Assembly: GCA_043228905.1 (NCBI GenBank)
Contig: JBHGNT010000007.1
Span: 14,880,001 to 14,944,000, forward strand
Direction of reading: 5' to 3'
Source of the DNA: Azolla caroliniana
Lineage: Eukaryota; Plantae; Polypodiophyta
Length of the DNA: 64,000 nt
Shown here in pieces: positions 1 through 13,700 of the stretch; the stretch's first letter is position 1; every line of letters starts with the position of its first letter. The position numbers were made by a program, and so were the translations under genes. A model generated the notes under the pieces. That model searched no databases and was not told the origin of the DNA. It saw only the letters and a list, made by a program, of their open reading frames with translations.

Positions 1-1543
1 CTCCCTCGATCGGAGTGCTTGACTCGAACATCTTTGTCGGTCAGCAAATCTTCCGCGACACGAACATCTTCGGTCGACTTACGAACTTCGTAAAATCATT
101 CGGGTCATCAAAAAAACGTTGTATGTATGTGTGTTCCTTTTGTTGGTTTTGTGAGTTGTGTGTCAATCGCGTCCATTTCTTTTAGGTTCATGAGTTTTCG
201 ACATTTCGTAGGTGCCCTTTGATTTTTTTAAATTTTGACAATGCCATCATGTTTTTCGAAATTCTTCAGATGCCCTTAGGTTTTCAAAACTCCTCCAATG
301 CCCCTTATCATTCTCTTTTTCCCTCTTTTTTCTTTTCTTGTTTCCTTCTTTTTCTCTTGCTTCTGTCGTTTCCCTCCTTTCTATCTGTCTGTCTCTTCCA
401 ATTCCTTCCTTCTTCTTCTTCTTGTTTTCTTCTTCTTCAACGTCTCTTTCTCTGTGTTTTCTATTCGACCATTCCGTCCGCTCTCTGGCTTCTGTCGGTT
501 GGTGATGACCGTTCTTGAAGCCCCTCTCGTCGTCGCCGGCCCTGTCCGGCCGGTCTGCAGTCGCGTGGCCGTCTGTTTTGGCTGAGCTCCGTCACTTGGC
601 CACTCTTCAGTCGTCATCCGGTTGTCGTTCGGCTGCTGTCTGGCCGCTTCCGGCAATCTCCATCACCGTCGTTGTTTGGCGTCATCAGGTCCGGCCGCCT
701 CCATTCCGACGCCATTCAGCCACTGGGACCGTTCTTAGGTCGCTTTCCGACAAGTGCTCTGTCACCTCTTGTTCTGTCACCATCTCCGTATCACCTTCTT
801 GGCCGTGGTTTGGCTGTGTCTTTTCGGCTCTTTTTGGTTGTGTCGCTTGAGTCTATTTTTCTTGCCTGTGTCAGTTTGCTCATAAAACACTACAGATTCA
901 TCTCTTCGAAATTCCTAAGACGGGAACATAGAATGATTGGGAGAATGTCATTCAAACAGAAATCCATAGTCTCTATAGTTTGGTAGTTCGTTCTATCTTC
1001 TTCCTTAATCATGTTGCATCCTTCAGAATCTCTTTCATCGGTAAGATTCGAAATGGAGAAGACGCAAACCGAAACCCTAATGACACAACATCATAATCAT
1101 CGTAATCATTGTATTTTACTCCTATTTCTTTGACCTTTTCCCCATCTCTTGCACACGGTCATTGCCATTGTTGTAGTCTCGCACAACGTCATCATTTCAT
1201 CATCATCGCTGTTACACGCACATTTCGTTGTTGCCATGTCTTTGCCGCATATTCGTCTTCGACTTCATCTTCAAAGGGGGGGTCGCCTTAGTGGTCGCCA
1301 AAAGGTGTTGTAGGTTTTAGAGTTAGGGTTAGGGTTAAGGATGATGATGGTTAACGATGACGAAGATAGACATGGTGAAATAGCAAAGATGATGAAGAGT
1401 ATGATGGTGAGAGAGATTGACATGAAGATGTTGAGAATTATTGAGAAGCATTGCGGAGTAAGGATGACATTGATGAGCATTGCGGGGTGGGGGGTGGTGC
1501 CTAGAATGCCTCCACCCCCCTCCCAAGGGGTTCAACGTTGAGG

Positions 1544-1592
<49 letters not shown>

Positions 1593-1883
1593 AAAGAGAG
1601 ATAGAGAGAAATGTTCATTCATGTTTCATTCATTCCCCATAAGGGGGTTAAATAGTACAAGAGGGGATAGATACATAGGGGTGTAAGCCCCCTAGAGCAT
1701 TCATATTGGACACTCACTCACACCTCATCGTATCCCTCCACATGCACACACGTGTGCATGTGTTCACATACATATCGACTCACAATTACATTTATGTTCC
1801 CTACACATACACAACAACATCATGATAACATTCGACCCTCGATCATCACACTTGACTCTCCGTACATCTCGTACGGGGTAACA
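1..1883. mobile_element. Element J: probable LTR or terminal part of an LTR retrotransposon inserted into the gag of copia A; left end outside window
   Basis: Ends ...GGGGTAACA (TGTTACCCC on the minus strand) exactly where copia A gag homology (CATCTTGGTCCTACAAG = SWSYK) begins. Low-complexity, with no credible ORF. Confidence 0.5.
1546..1589. repeat. (GA)n microsatellite
   Basis: Direct reading of the sequence. Confidence 0.95.
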
Positions 1884-4800
1884 CATCTTGGTCCTACAAG
1901 ATGCACCAGTACCTACTCGGGCACGGCTACTAGAGTTATGTCGAAGGAGCTAATGACGCGGCACCCGAATCGACAGACAGAGACTTCCCATCGTGGGAGC
2001 AATCGGCGAACAGGGTATTGTACTGCTTCGCGTCGTGTGTGGGCGAACAGCTATTGAGCTATGTTCGGGATGCAAAGACGCCGAAGGGTGCGTGGGAAAA
2101 TCTGAAGAAGATTTTCGCCGCGAGCACCACAGCCAGGAAGCTTCAGCTCCGACAGGAGTTGAGCAACCTACGACAACGCGACTTGTTGGTGGCGGACTAT
2201 ACCTCGAAGATCAAGGATATCTGCGACTCCCTCGCCTCCATAGAGGTGAACATCGAGGAGAGCGAGATGGTCCAGATCTGTCTCGGAGGTTTGGCATCGA
2301 AGTTCGGAGCGTTCCGAACGGCTGTGTGTACTGTGTACCCAGGAGAATACGCCGTCCTTTTTCGACTTACAGTCGATGCTCCTGGTAGAGGAGAACCACG
2401 CGGGTGCGTCTACAAGCACGCACACCGACAATAGAATGTTGTACACGGAGGGAGATAGGCCCCGTGGACGTGGAGGATGAGGCGAGTCGGCACGCAGTGG
2501 AGGCGGCCGACGAGATCAAGAAGGAAGGCACTGAAGTGATGCCGACAGGAACTCCGGACCCTCCGGAAACCGGGGGAGTCAAAGCGATGAGAACCGGCAA
2601 GGGAAGTCCATCGCGGAGTGTTGGTACTGTGGCAAGAAAGGCCACAAGGAAAGTGAGTGCTGGAAGAAGCGTGCCGATTCGGAGAGAACTGGTTCCAGGA
2701 ACGGCTCCAGACATACCGACAAGGGAAATCGGCAGCGATCGCACTACGCTGAAGACTCCGGGAGAGCCGGAGAAGGGACTGCCTTCGTGACGAGACACGA
2801 AGCAAACTCAATGAAGCAGACCACCCCGAGATCGGACGAGGTGTGGTACGTAGACTCCGGCGCGTCAAACCACATGACGAGCCATAAGGAGTGGTTCTCG
2901 TACCTTGAAAAACCGATACAACCTGGAGTAGTCGCAACAGGAGACGACACTCCGCATCCGATCGCGAATGTCAGAGAAGTACCCCTTAGCCATGTCAGGC
3001 AGAGAGGGAAACTCATGAACGTGCTGCACGTTCCGACAATCACAAAAAACTTGGTCTCGGTCGGATAGATCATCGACCAAGGGATGGAGGTTCGGTTTAC
3101 ACACCTCGGGTGCTTCATTGAGGAAGAAGGTCGTGTGATTGCGCAAGGGCACAGAGACGGGAGGATGTTCATCCTCGACTCCACCGATGGCGGCACCGCA
3201 ATGTTCGCACAGGGAAGAAAAACCGAGTCGGACATCGACTTGTGGCATAAGCGGATAGGCCACGTCAACTACCAGTGGCTTCAAGATCTGCAAACGAAAC
3301 AGGTAGTATTCGGATTGCCCAAATTTAGTGGCCGAAAGGCACAAATTTGTGAAGCCTGCCAGCTTGGGAAGCAACACCGACTTCCTTTCCCAAACGAGCG
3401 AAATCGGAGCCGGAATAAGCTTGACCCTATACACTCCGATGTGTGGGGGCCGGCGCAAAACGTTAGTCTTGGCGGGAGCCGATATTTCGTCTCCTTCATC
3501 GACGACCACACGCGGCATACGTGGATCTACCTCATTGAGAGGAAGAGCGAAGTCTTCGACTGTTTCCAGGACCTCAAAGGGTTCGTGGAAGCCGAAACGG
3601 GACGAAAGATCAAGTGCTTGCGGTCGGATGGCGGGAAAGAGTACTTTTCCGGTCAATTCAACGGTTACCTACAACCAATGGGAATTCGCCGCGAATTCAA
3701 TTGTAGATACACGCCAGAGCAGAACGGCGTGGCCGAGAGAAAGAATCGGTCAGTTGTGGAAGCGGCACGGGCAATGTTGGAGGAGAAGAGCTTGCCCAAG
3801 TTCTACTAGGCCGAGGCGGTAAGGACCGCGGTATACATCCAAAACCGGATTGGAGACAAAGTGTCGGTGCACGAGCTATATTTCGGAACGAAGCCGAACT
3901 TGCGACACTTGAGGGTGTTCGGTAGCATTGCGTATGTGCATGTACCGAAGGAGAAAAGGAGGAAGCTGGACGCAAAGGCCGAGAAGTGCATCTTGGTCGG
4001 TTACTCGGACGAGCAGAAGGGTTATAAGTGCTATAACCCTCGCACCAAACAAGCGCGTGTCAGTCGCGACGTTGTGTTTGACGAGTCCGCGTCCAGGTAT
4101 CTGCCCCTGACTACGAACCTCAACTCCAATCCGAGCTCTGACGATGAGGTCAGCGAGGCCGAGATGCCTCCGGATGAGCCCGAAATCGAGACCCATGAAG
4201 AGAGTCCGATTTCACTCCGGTTAAGTGGACCGATTGGACGACTGAGTCAGTACGACCAGTCCGATGAAGAGCCGGCGAGTAGTGGAGACTCGGTCGTGCA
4301 TTCCCCGCGCAGGAAGCCGAGGAGACAGCTTACGCGCAAAGAGAAAGGGAAGAAGAAGGTGTCGGATTCCGGCATGGAAAGGAAAGAGTCTGACCGACGC
4401 GAGTCTGACTCCGAGGGAACCGGTGACGGGTCTTTAAAGATGAAGACCGCGTCGACCGAGAAGGCCTCAACATCGGCTAATGTGAGATTACGCCGATCTA
4501 CCTGCCAAAAAAACCCAGTTGTGCGGTTCGGTTACAACGAGTACATGGCGCATCATTATGCGTACATGACCCGCGTAGCGGAAGTGCGTGAGCCGGAGAG
4601 CTACGCAGAAGCGGCGAAGGACGCGAATTGGCGCGCCGCGATGGAGGAAGAGATGCACGCATTGGCAGAGAACGAGACCTGGGACCTGGTTGACGCACTG
4701 AAGGGTGTGAAGCCGATCGGGTGTAGATGGGTGTACAAAGTCAAGTACAACACCAATGGCTCGGTCAACCGGTACAAGGCTCGGCTAGTGGCAAAGGGCT

Positions 4801-6509
4801 ACGCGCAGAAACACGGCATCGACTACGGTGAGACGTTTGCGCCGGTCGTGAAAATGACGACCGTCTGTGTTTTGCTCGCAGTAGCCGCGGCCAAGGGGTG
4901 GCACCTACATTAGATGGATGTAAAGAATGCGTTCCTGCAAGGTGACCTTGAGGAACAGGTGTACATGGTACAGCCCCCCGGATTTCACTCTGGAACGAAC
5001 TCCTCGGCAATATGCCGACTGAAGAAGTCCCTTTACGGACTGAAGCAAGCCCCGCATGCCTGGAACGCGAAGATCACGCAACAACTGCGTCGGTTGGGCT
5101 TCGTCACGTCAAAATCGGACTCTTCCCTGTTCATCCGGAAAGGTCGACTCGGACCGGTTAGTATTTTACTGTATGTTGATGACTTGGTCATCACCGGCGC
5201 TGACCTAGGTGAAATCGACCGCGTGAAGCTCCAGCTTGCGGCATCGTTCGACATGAAGGATCTGGGGGACCTTCATTACTTCCTCGGGATTGAAGTGATC
5301 CGTACCCCCGAAGGCATATTGATCAGCCAACGCCATTACGTGCTGAGTATGCTCTTCAAATTCGGGGTGGCCGACTGTAAGTCCATCTCGACTCCTCTGG
5401 ACAGAACCGTCAAGCTTCGTCCCGATACGGGAAAGGTATGCGACCCGACGAGGTTCCGACAGATTGTCGGAAGCCTCATATACTTGACCATCACCCGACC
5501 CGACCTCAGTTATCCGGTCGGAGTGATCAGTCAATTCATGGCGCGGCCTACCGAGGAGCACCTTCAGTGTGCGCAACGCGTACTGCGGTATGTAAGCGGC
5601 ACTAAGGACCGCGGACTACTATATCGGATCGGTGCAGCCGCGCAGTTAGTCGGCTACACCGATGGTGATTGGGCTGGCAACGCCACCGATCGCCGATCCA
5701 CGTCCGGATACGCGTTCTCCCTCGGGAGTGCTGCGATCGCGTGGAGCAGTAAGAAGCAGCCGACAGTTGCACTGTCGAGCACCGAAGCTGAGTATCGAGG
5801 AGCGGTTGTCGCGACATGCGAAGCCATATGGTTGAAGCGGCTATTTAAGGACCTGCAAGTGGAGGTGTCAGATCCGATGACGATCTACTACCATTTCGTC
5901 CGTGAGCGTGTCCTTTCCGGTGAAGTCGAACTTCAGTACGTGCCGACGGATCGGCAAACTGCCGACATCTTCACAAAGCCTCTTGGTCTGGACAAGTTAC
6001 GGCAATTCTCCGATGCGCTCGGATTGCATCACCTCGATGTGCCTAACTTGAGGGGGAGAACAGTTCCGAACGACCAAGCAAAGCAGCAGGAAAGGAACGG
6101 AGGCCGCGACAGAAGGAGCGGAGGCCGCGATACCGAGTCGGTTGACTCGGTTGTTGACTCGTTTGTCGAGTTCAACTTCGGAACAGCTGAAATAGCCGAG
6201 GGCAGACCCGCGGAAAAGTCCGGAAGCGGACAGAAGGGTAGCAACCGAAGGAGAGAGCCGAAGCCAACCACGCATGGGGAAGATGACGCCATCGAAGGCG
6301 AGAAGACCGAAGACGAGTTGGAGACAGCCAACTCGGACGAGAGCGAAAACCGATCGGAGGTAGCCGAGTCAGTTCGGATGTTTGATTCAGATACGTTGAA
6401 TCAACCAAGGCCCAAGCGGAAGAAAAGGCAGCAGGAGAAGCGTCAACACCGCAACAGGAGAAGAGCTGATAAGGGGCGCATGAGCAGACAAGCCGACCGG
6501 AAGGGTTGA
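1884..6509 (+). pseudogene. Copia gag-pol polyprotein with stops, a frameshift and an RNase H deletion
   Basis: UBN2-type gag; CWYCGKKGH knuckle ~2622; protease WYVDSGASNHM; LWHKRIGH; integrase HSDVWGP / RSDGGKE / QNGVAE; [11 protein letters not shown] and LYVDD; RH YTDGDWAG / EAEY. Stops at ~3066, 3807 and 4911. Confidence 0.93.
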
Positions 6510-6620
6510 AGCGCGCGGAGTCGAACAGGTCGAGAAGCGCGAGCGAGGCGTGAAGCCAGGAGGAACCGGAGCTGTGAGCCCGAGGATCCCGAAGAGCCTC
6601 GAGTTGAGCTTGAGGGGGAG

Positions 6621-7007
6621 TGTTGAGAGACAAGCTCAACATCGGCCGGATCGGCTGAAGAAGCCAAGGACCGGATCGGTTGGGACCGATCGGTTAGGCC
6701 GAGTGCGTACACCGGGTGGTCGTTAGGAAAGATATTCCGTGAGGAATATATTTGGGAGTTAGTGAAGGAGCTCTTAATGAGCATTGAAGTACTGTCAGTA
6801 CTCCGGTTAGTCCTTCTAGGACTTGTATAAAAGTGCTCACTGAGCACGTCTTATGTACAGACTAAGTATTATTGTTGAATACAGTTTTTTGTGTTTTCTC
6901 TCTCTGTCTCTCCCAAGTATACTGCGTAAGCTTAAGCTCTCCATTAAACCTGAGTGTCCTTCCTTCTGTTCGGTCTTTATACTTGCTTCCGCACGTTGCT
7001 TTCTACA
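6621..7007 (+). repeat. 3' LTR of copia A
   Basis: TG..CA ends, directly after the PPT, TATAAAA at ~6826; LINE sequence resumes at 7008. Confidence 0.85.
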
Positions 7008-7843
7008 CTATGCATACATTTGAGATCAATACATAAAGGCCTATGATCGGATTCCGGTGTCCATTCACCAAGTGATAATTTATGTATACAATCCAAAATA
7101 CCTTCAGAAAGTAGCACATAGTCAATCACACTATTTCCGTTGTGTTTTCTAGATGTAAAACCATTAGTGTTGGGCCATAAGGAAATACCATTTGCAATAA
7201 GAAATTTGGTACTATTGCACATTTGTAGGAGTAACTTCCCAAATTGGTCCGGATCTTTTTCATCGCTAGAAGAGCGGTTATACATTTGCACATCCTCTTG
7301 CATCCTTGAGATATGTGGCATGAAAGATTCTTGTGAATCAAGTTGGAAACTTCTTGTACGAGCATTCATGTCACCAAAGACAATAACTTCCCCTTTGGAT
7401 TTGAAATAAGCAATATCATCTTCTAGATTGGCAAATAGTTGATCTTTATCCAAACAAGCATAAAAGTTAGAATCTTGATGAGGAATGTAACATCCAACTA
7501 TAAAAGTGGGCAAATCATTAGGTGTTTCTATTTTGAGCCATATGTAGCATTTATTTTCATCATTTTTTATGATTGACACATATTTCTCTATTTCCTTCTT
7601 AATCAAACATGCCACCCCTCCTTGTCCTCTTCTTTGTCTTGGATTTTTTTTCCATATTAAAGAGTGTACATTATAGTTTCCTAGACCTTGAATCCGTTGA
7701 GTATCATGCTCCCATGTTTCAACAAGAAGTGTGATATCCGAGTCATCGGTGAACTCCTCTATGCCAAATCCCGCATTCCATGGGTATCCACTGCAATTCC
7801 AAAAGCATAGTCGTAAAAGGCGTGGGTTAGTCTCATAGATCAC
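7008..7843 (-). pseudogene. LINE apurinic-like endonuclease domain
   Basis: Complete EEP motif set; truncated by the copia A insertion. Confidence 0.9.
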
Positions 7844-7849
7844 GTGTCC

Positions 7850-8471
7850 CTATTTGCCTACATTTCCATCTTTAGGCACATCCTTACCCTTGTTTTTCAA
7901 TCTTTCTTCATATGCTTTACGACGAGCATTTTGTTGTGAGATAGTACGACCTTCACTCACAAAGCATTGTGTACCTTTGAGGTATACCCAACTATTTTCG
8001 AGTATGATCCGCCACTTTGTATCATTTGTCATTGTGCATACAATAGGTCTTTCTCCAGAGCGAGTAACACCATGTTTCCCAACTCGGTGTGCCCCATATA
8101 CATTCACATCTGACATCCCATAATGCATGCTAAAAAATTCACCAATGGCCTTTCCAAGGGATGCGGGTGTTTCCATAGTCTCTTCTTTAATCCCACGGAC
8201 GACAATGTTCTTTGATCGTCGTTCACGTTCTTTCAATTCTCGGACATCTATGCTTTCTATATTCTTCTCTTGATGCATAACATGCATATTAGATGAGTTT
8301 GATAGCACATCCCCACCACATACATCGGCCCATGACTTCATTGTACATACATTTTTCATCTCACTTACATCCCGCCTCATCGTGTCCAATTTTTCTTCTT
8401 TTAATGCTTCCTTTAACTCAATCTTGTTAAGGTGCTCATTTGTTTCAAAAGAAGCTCTTTTACACACACAC
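7850..8471 (-). pseudogene. LINE ORF1-like (coiled coil plus RRM-type region), 5' truncated
   Basis: RRxNIVVRG motif typical of LINE ORF1, immediately upstream of the endonuclease. Confidence 0.75.
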
Positions 8472-8782
8472 AGAGAGAGAGAGAGAGAAGACACAAGACT
8501 CTATTCTGAAAATAACAGGTCTCTGTAATACTTTGTACATCATATGTGTTCAGTGAACACTTTTATACAAGTCCATACGGACTAACAGAAGTACGGTGTA
8601 CTTCAATGCTCACACAAGCGTCTGACACTAACTATGAGACATTAACTACCTAGTAGTCTAGGCTGCTACTAGGCTTCCGGTTACTGATGGATCCGGCTAA
8701 CCGGCTCCCCAGCTCACCGGCTCACCGATCCAGCTCAAGCTTATTCAGCAGATCCGGATCCGCTTGAGCTTGCTACTCAACA
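8472..8782 (-). repeat. 3' LTR of B (partial)
   Basis: Aligns to 14890-15224. Confidence 0.92.
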
Positions 8783-10796
8783 CTCCCCCTCAAGCTCTTG
8801 TCTGAATCGGTAGCTCTTGATTTGTCTTCTGGTTTCAAGCCCTTCACCACATCGGACCATGTCCAGGTCTTGGCCTTCTTCTTCCGGTCGGCTCTGTCCT
8901 TCTTGCCTCTGCCGTCGTTGCCACTTGTTCCGACTTGTTCGGATGTGTCAACTTCCTTTGTCGACTCGGCTCATTTCTTCTTCTTGTCTCTCCCTTTGTG
9001 GGTTCTTCCCTCACTGGCACAATCGGCAGTTTCTTTGCCTTTGCACGTTCCGGTGTCTTTGCCCGTTCTCCCCCTCAAGTGTGGCACGTTGAGATGCTAA
9101 ACACCAAGCATTTCGGTGAAGTGCTGCAACTTGTTCGTTCCGAGCTGTTTGGTGAAGATGTCGGCAACTCGCCGATCCGTATGAACATACCGAAGTTCGA
9201 CTTCACCGCTCAGGACATGCTCACACACAAAGTGGTAGTGCACTTCTATGCATCCGACAGCTGGGACTTGACGCAGCTGATTTCATCGAGTCCGAGTCCG
9301 GTGATGACTAGATCATCAACATACAGCAAGATGCAAACCGGACCGTCTGGACCTTGCCTGATGAACCACGAAGAGTTAGACTTGGAGGCCGCAAACCCCA
9401 TCTTACGCAACCGGTGTGTGATCTTCGCATTCCAAGCTCGGGGGGCTTGCTTGAGGCCATAAAGTGACTTCGTCAGCCGGCATACCACCGACTTGTTCAT
9501 CTCTTACTGGAAACCGGCGGGTTGGGTCATAAAGACCTCTTCTTCAAGATCACCTTAAAGAAATGCATTTTTCACGTCCATGTGGTGAAGATGTCACCCC
9601 CTTGCCGCAGTAACCACCAGCACCACACGAACCGTCGTCATCTTCGCTACCGGAGCGAAGGTCTCGTCGTAGTCGATTCCGTGGGTCTGCACATATCCCT
9701 TCGCCACTAACCAGGCCTTGTATCGATTAACTGAACTGTCGGCATTGTACTTGACCTTGTACACCCACTTACATCCGATCGGTTTACAATGTCGAGGAGG
9801 GACAACTAGGTCCCATGTGTCGTTGGCATCAAGTGCCCACATTTCTTCCTCCATAGCGGCACGCCAATTTGTGTACCTTGCCGCTTCTGCACAGCTCTCC
9901 AGCTCACGCACTTCCGCCACCTTGGTAATGTACACATAGTGATGTGTCATGTACTCATTGTACCCGTACCACTTCACAAGGCTCTTCTGGCGGGAAGACC
10001 GGCGTAACTTATCGTTACCCGGTTTGAGGCCCTTCTTGGCCGGTTCGGACTTCATTCTCGAAGATCCACCTTCATCCTTTCCGGAGTCGGATTCGCTCCA
10101 ATCCGACTCAACGTTTCCGGTTTCGTATTCCGGCATCTTCTTCTTCCCCTTCTCTTTGTGCGTGAACCGTCTCCTCAGTTCTTTGCGCGGGGAGAGCACG
10201 GCAAAGTCTCCACTACACGCCGGCTCGTCATCCAACTGGTCATCCCGATTCAGCCGCTCATTTGGCCCGCTCAACCAAAACGATTCTGGACTCAGACCTA
10301 GAGTCTCGAACCCGTCATCTTCTAACTGGACCGGTTCAGGCTCACTAGCCTCATCCTCTTGTATCGGGTCGGGGTCAGAAGTCGGAGCGGTAAGGCATAC
10401 CATGAGGCTGTCTCATCAAACTCAACATCCCGGCTAACTCGGACCTGTTTCATCGGGGGGTTATAACACTTATACCCCTTTTGCTCATGCGAGTAACCGA
10501 CCAGGATGCACTTCTCAGATTTTACATCCAAATTCCTTCGCTTCTCATCTGGCACATGCACATATGCAATGCTACCGAATATCCGAAGGTATCTCAAATT
10601 CGGCTTGTGCCCAAAATATAACTCATGCGCGGACACCTTGTCACCGATCTGGTTTTGGATATAGACTGCCATCCGAACCGCCTCAGCCCAGTAGAAATGG
10701 GGCATGCTCTTCTTCTCCAGCATTGCCCTTGCCGCGTCGACAATCAACCAGTTCTTTTTTTCGGCCACACCGTTTTGCTCCGGTGTGTATCTGCAA

Positions 10797-13700
10797 GAGT
10801 CGACTCCGGTTTCGACGACTCCCGGTTGTTCTGGTTTATCCAAGAAAGAGAACCACTCTTTGTGGCTCATCATGTGATTCGACACACCGGAATCAACGTA
10901 CCACACTTCCACCGATTCGGAAGTGGTCTTCTTCATCGAGTTAGCCTTGTGTTTCATCACCAAGGCTGGACCTTTATCGGCTTTTCCGATTTTGGATCCT
11001 CTCGATCCTTCTGCGTAGTGCGAGTATTGCTAGTTCTCTCTGTCGACCTTGTCGGATCCGGATCTATCCAAATCGGCCCGCTTCTTCTAGCACTCGCTTT
11101 TTTTGTTGCCCTTATTACCACAGTACCAGCATTCCGTGTCGGCCTTTGCTTGCCGCCCTCCAGCGTTGCCTTGACTCCCCCTGCTTGTGGAGGGTCCAGA
11201 ACTGTTGTCGGCACGTTCTCTGTGCCTTCGGTCCTACTCTTGCCAGCCGCTACCATTGCGAGCCGACCCGCCTCGTCCACCACATCCACAGGGCTGATTC
11301 GCCTCTGTGTACAGCATCCGGCTGTCGGTGGGTGTACTTGTTGACACACCAGTGTGGTTCTCCACAAGGAGCATCCACATTAAGTCGAAAAATGACGGCG
11401 TATTCTCCCTTGTACACACAGCAGTTCGGAACGCTCCGAACTTTGACGCCAAACCTCCACGACAAATTTGCACCATATCGGCTTCATTGGTGTCGAGGAT
11501 GAACATCCTCCCTTCTCTGCGCTCTTGCGCAATAATCTGGCCCTCTTCCTTGATGAAGCACCCAAGCTGCGTACACCACACCTCCATCCCTTTGTCAACG
11601 ATCTGACTGACTAACACCAAGTTCTTCGTGATCGTCGGAACATGTAATACGTTCATCAGCTTCCCCCTCTGTCCAACGTGGCTCAAAGGAACTTCTCTGA
11701 TATGCACAATTGGGTGACGAGTGTCGACTCCGGTTTCGACGACTCCCGGTTGTTCCGGTTTCTCCAAGAAAGAGAACCACTCTTTGTGGCTCGTCGTGTG
11801 ATTCGACGCACCGGAATCAACGTACCAAACTTCCTCCGATTCGGAAGTGGTCTTCTTCATCGAGTTAGCCTTGTGTTTCATCACCAAGGTTGGACCTTTA
11901 CCAGCTTTTCCGGTTTTGGATCCTCTCGATCCTTCTGCGTAGTGCGAGTATTGTCGGTTCTCTCTGTCGGCCTTGTCGGATCCGGATCTATCCGAATCGG
12001 CGCGCTTCTTCTAGCACTCGCTTTCTTTGTGGCCCTTATTACCACAGTACCAGCATTCCGAGTCGGCCTTTGCTTGCCGGCCTCCGGCCCTGCCTTCACT
12101 CCCCCTTCTTGTGGAGGGTCCGGAACTGTTGTCGGCACGTTCTCTGTGCCTTCGGTCCTACTCTTGCCGGCCGCTACCATTGCGAGCCGACCCGCCTCGT
12201 CGACCACGTCCACAGGGCTGATTCGCCTCTATGTACAGCATCCGGCTAATGGTGGGTGTACTTGTTGACACACCGGTGTGGTTCTCCACAAGCAACATCG
12301 ACTTTAAGTCGAAAAATGACGGCGTATTCTCCCTTGTACACACAGCAGTTCGGAACGCTCCGAACTTTGACGCCAAACCTCCAAGACAGATTTGCACCAT
12401 ATCGGCTTCATTGGTGTCGAGGAAAAACATCCTCCCTTCTCTGCGCTCTTGCGCAATAATCTGGCCTTCTTCCTTGATGAAGCACCCAAGGTGCGTACAC
12501 CTCACCTCCATCCCCTTGTCAACAATCTGACTGACTAACACCAAGTTCTTCATGATAGTCGGAACATGTAATACGTTCATCAGCTTCCCCCTCTGTCCAA
12601 CGTGGCCCAAAGGAACTTCTCTGATATGCACATTTGGGTGACGAGTGTCGACTCTTGTTTCAACAGCTCTCAGTTGCTCCGGTTTATCCAAGAAAGAGAA
12701 CCACTCTTTGTGGCTCGTCATGTGATTCGACTCACCGGAATCAACGTACCACACTTCCTCTGATTCGGAAGTGGTCTTCTTCGTCGAGGTAGCCTTGTGT
12801 TTCATCACCAAGGCTGGACCTTTACCGGCCTTTCCGGTTTTGGATCCTCTCGATCCTTCTGCGTAGTGCGAGTATTGCCAGTTCTCTCTGTCAGCCTTGT
12901 CGGATCCGGATCTATCCAAATCGGCGCACTTCTTCTAGCACTCACTTTCTTTGTGGCCCTTATTACCACAGTACCAGCATTCCGTGTCGGCCTTTGCTTG
13001 CTGGCCTCCGGCCCTGCCTTGACTCCCCCTGCTTGTGGAGGGTCCCGAACTATTGTCGGCACGTTCTCTGTGCCTTCGGTCCTACTCTTGCCGGCCGCTA
13101 CCATTGCGAGCCGATACGCCTCGTCCACCACGTCCACAGGGCTGAATCTCCGTTGTGTACAGCATCCAGCTATCGGTGGGTGTACTTGTTGACACACCGG
13201 TGTGGTTCTCCACAAACAGCATCGACTTTAAGTCGAAAAATGATGACGTATTCTCCCTTGTACACACAGCAGTTCGGAACGCTCCGAACCTTGATGCCAA
13301 ACCTCCAAGACAGATTTGCACCATATCGGCTTCATTGGTGTCGAGGATGAACATCCTCCCTTCTCTGCGCTCTTGCGTAATAATCTGGCCCTCTTCCTTA
13401 ATGAAGCACCCAAGGTGCGTACACCACACCTCCATCCCCTGGTCAACGATCTGACTGACTAACACCAAGTTCTTCGTGATAGTCGAAACATGTAATACGT
13501 TCATCAGCTTCCCCCTCTCTCCAACGTAGCTCAAAGGAACTTCTCTGATATGCACAATTGGGTGACGAGTGTCGACTCCGGTTTCGACGACTCCCGGTTG
13601 TTCCGGTTTCTCCAAGAAAGAGAACCACTCTTTGTGGCTCGTCGTGTGATTCAACGCACCGGAATCAACGTACCACACTTCCTCCGATTCGGAAGTGGTC

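Larger units (their letters stand above)
1884..7007 (+). mobile_element. Element A: Ty1/copia LTR retrotransposon, decayed, 5' part interrupted by J
   Basis: Domain order gag-PR-INT-RT-RH; PPT CTTGAGGGGGAG 6609-6620; 3' LTR TGTTGAG...TTCTACA 6621-7007, similar to the LTR ends of B. Confidence 0.95.
7008..8471 (-). mobile_element. Element K: LINE (RTE-X/CR1-like) 5' part, with ORF1 and the APE endonuclease of ORF2
   Basis: 7850-8494 resembles ORF1 (ERERRSKNIVVRGIKE...RVGK...RPIV). 7008-7843 has endonuclease motifs WNCSG, ETW, GGVA, GDMNAR, IDY and SDH. Cut by copia A at 7007. Confidence 0.9.

Noticed and set aside
1315-1340. Telomere-like TTAGGG repeats (also AAACCCTAACCCTAA at ~62617)
   Set aside because: Only 2-3 units; these are interstitial telo-box-like motifs, not a telomere.
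219-1700. Short ORFs in the ORF track here, and antisense/overlapping ORFs across the TEs
   Set aside because: Low-complexity or shadow frames of GC-rich retroelement coding sequence, with no recognisable domains.
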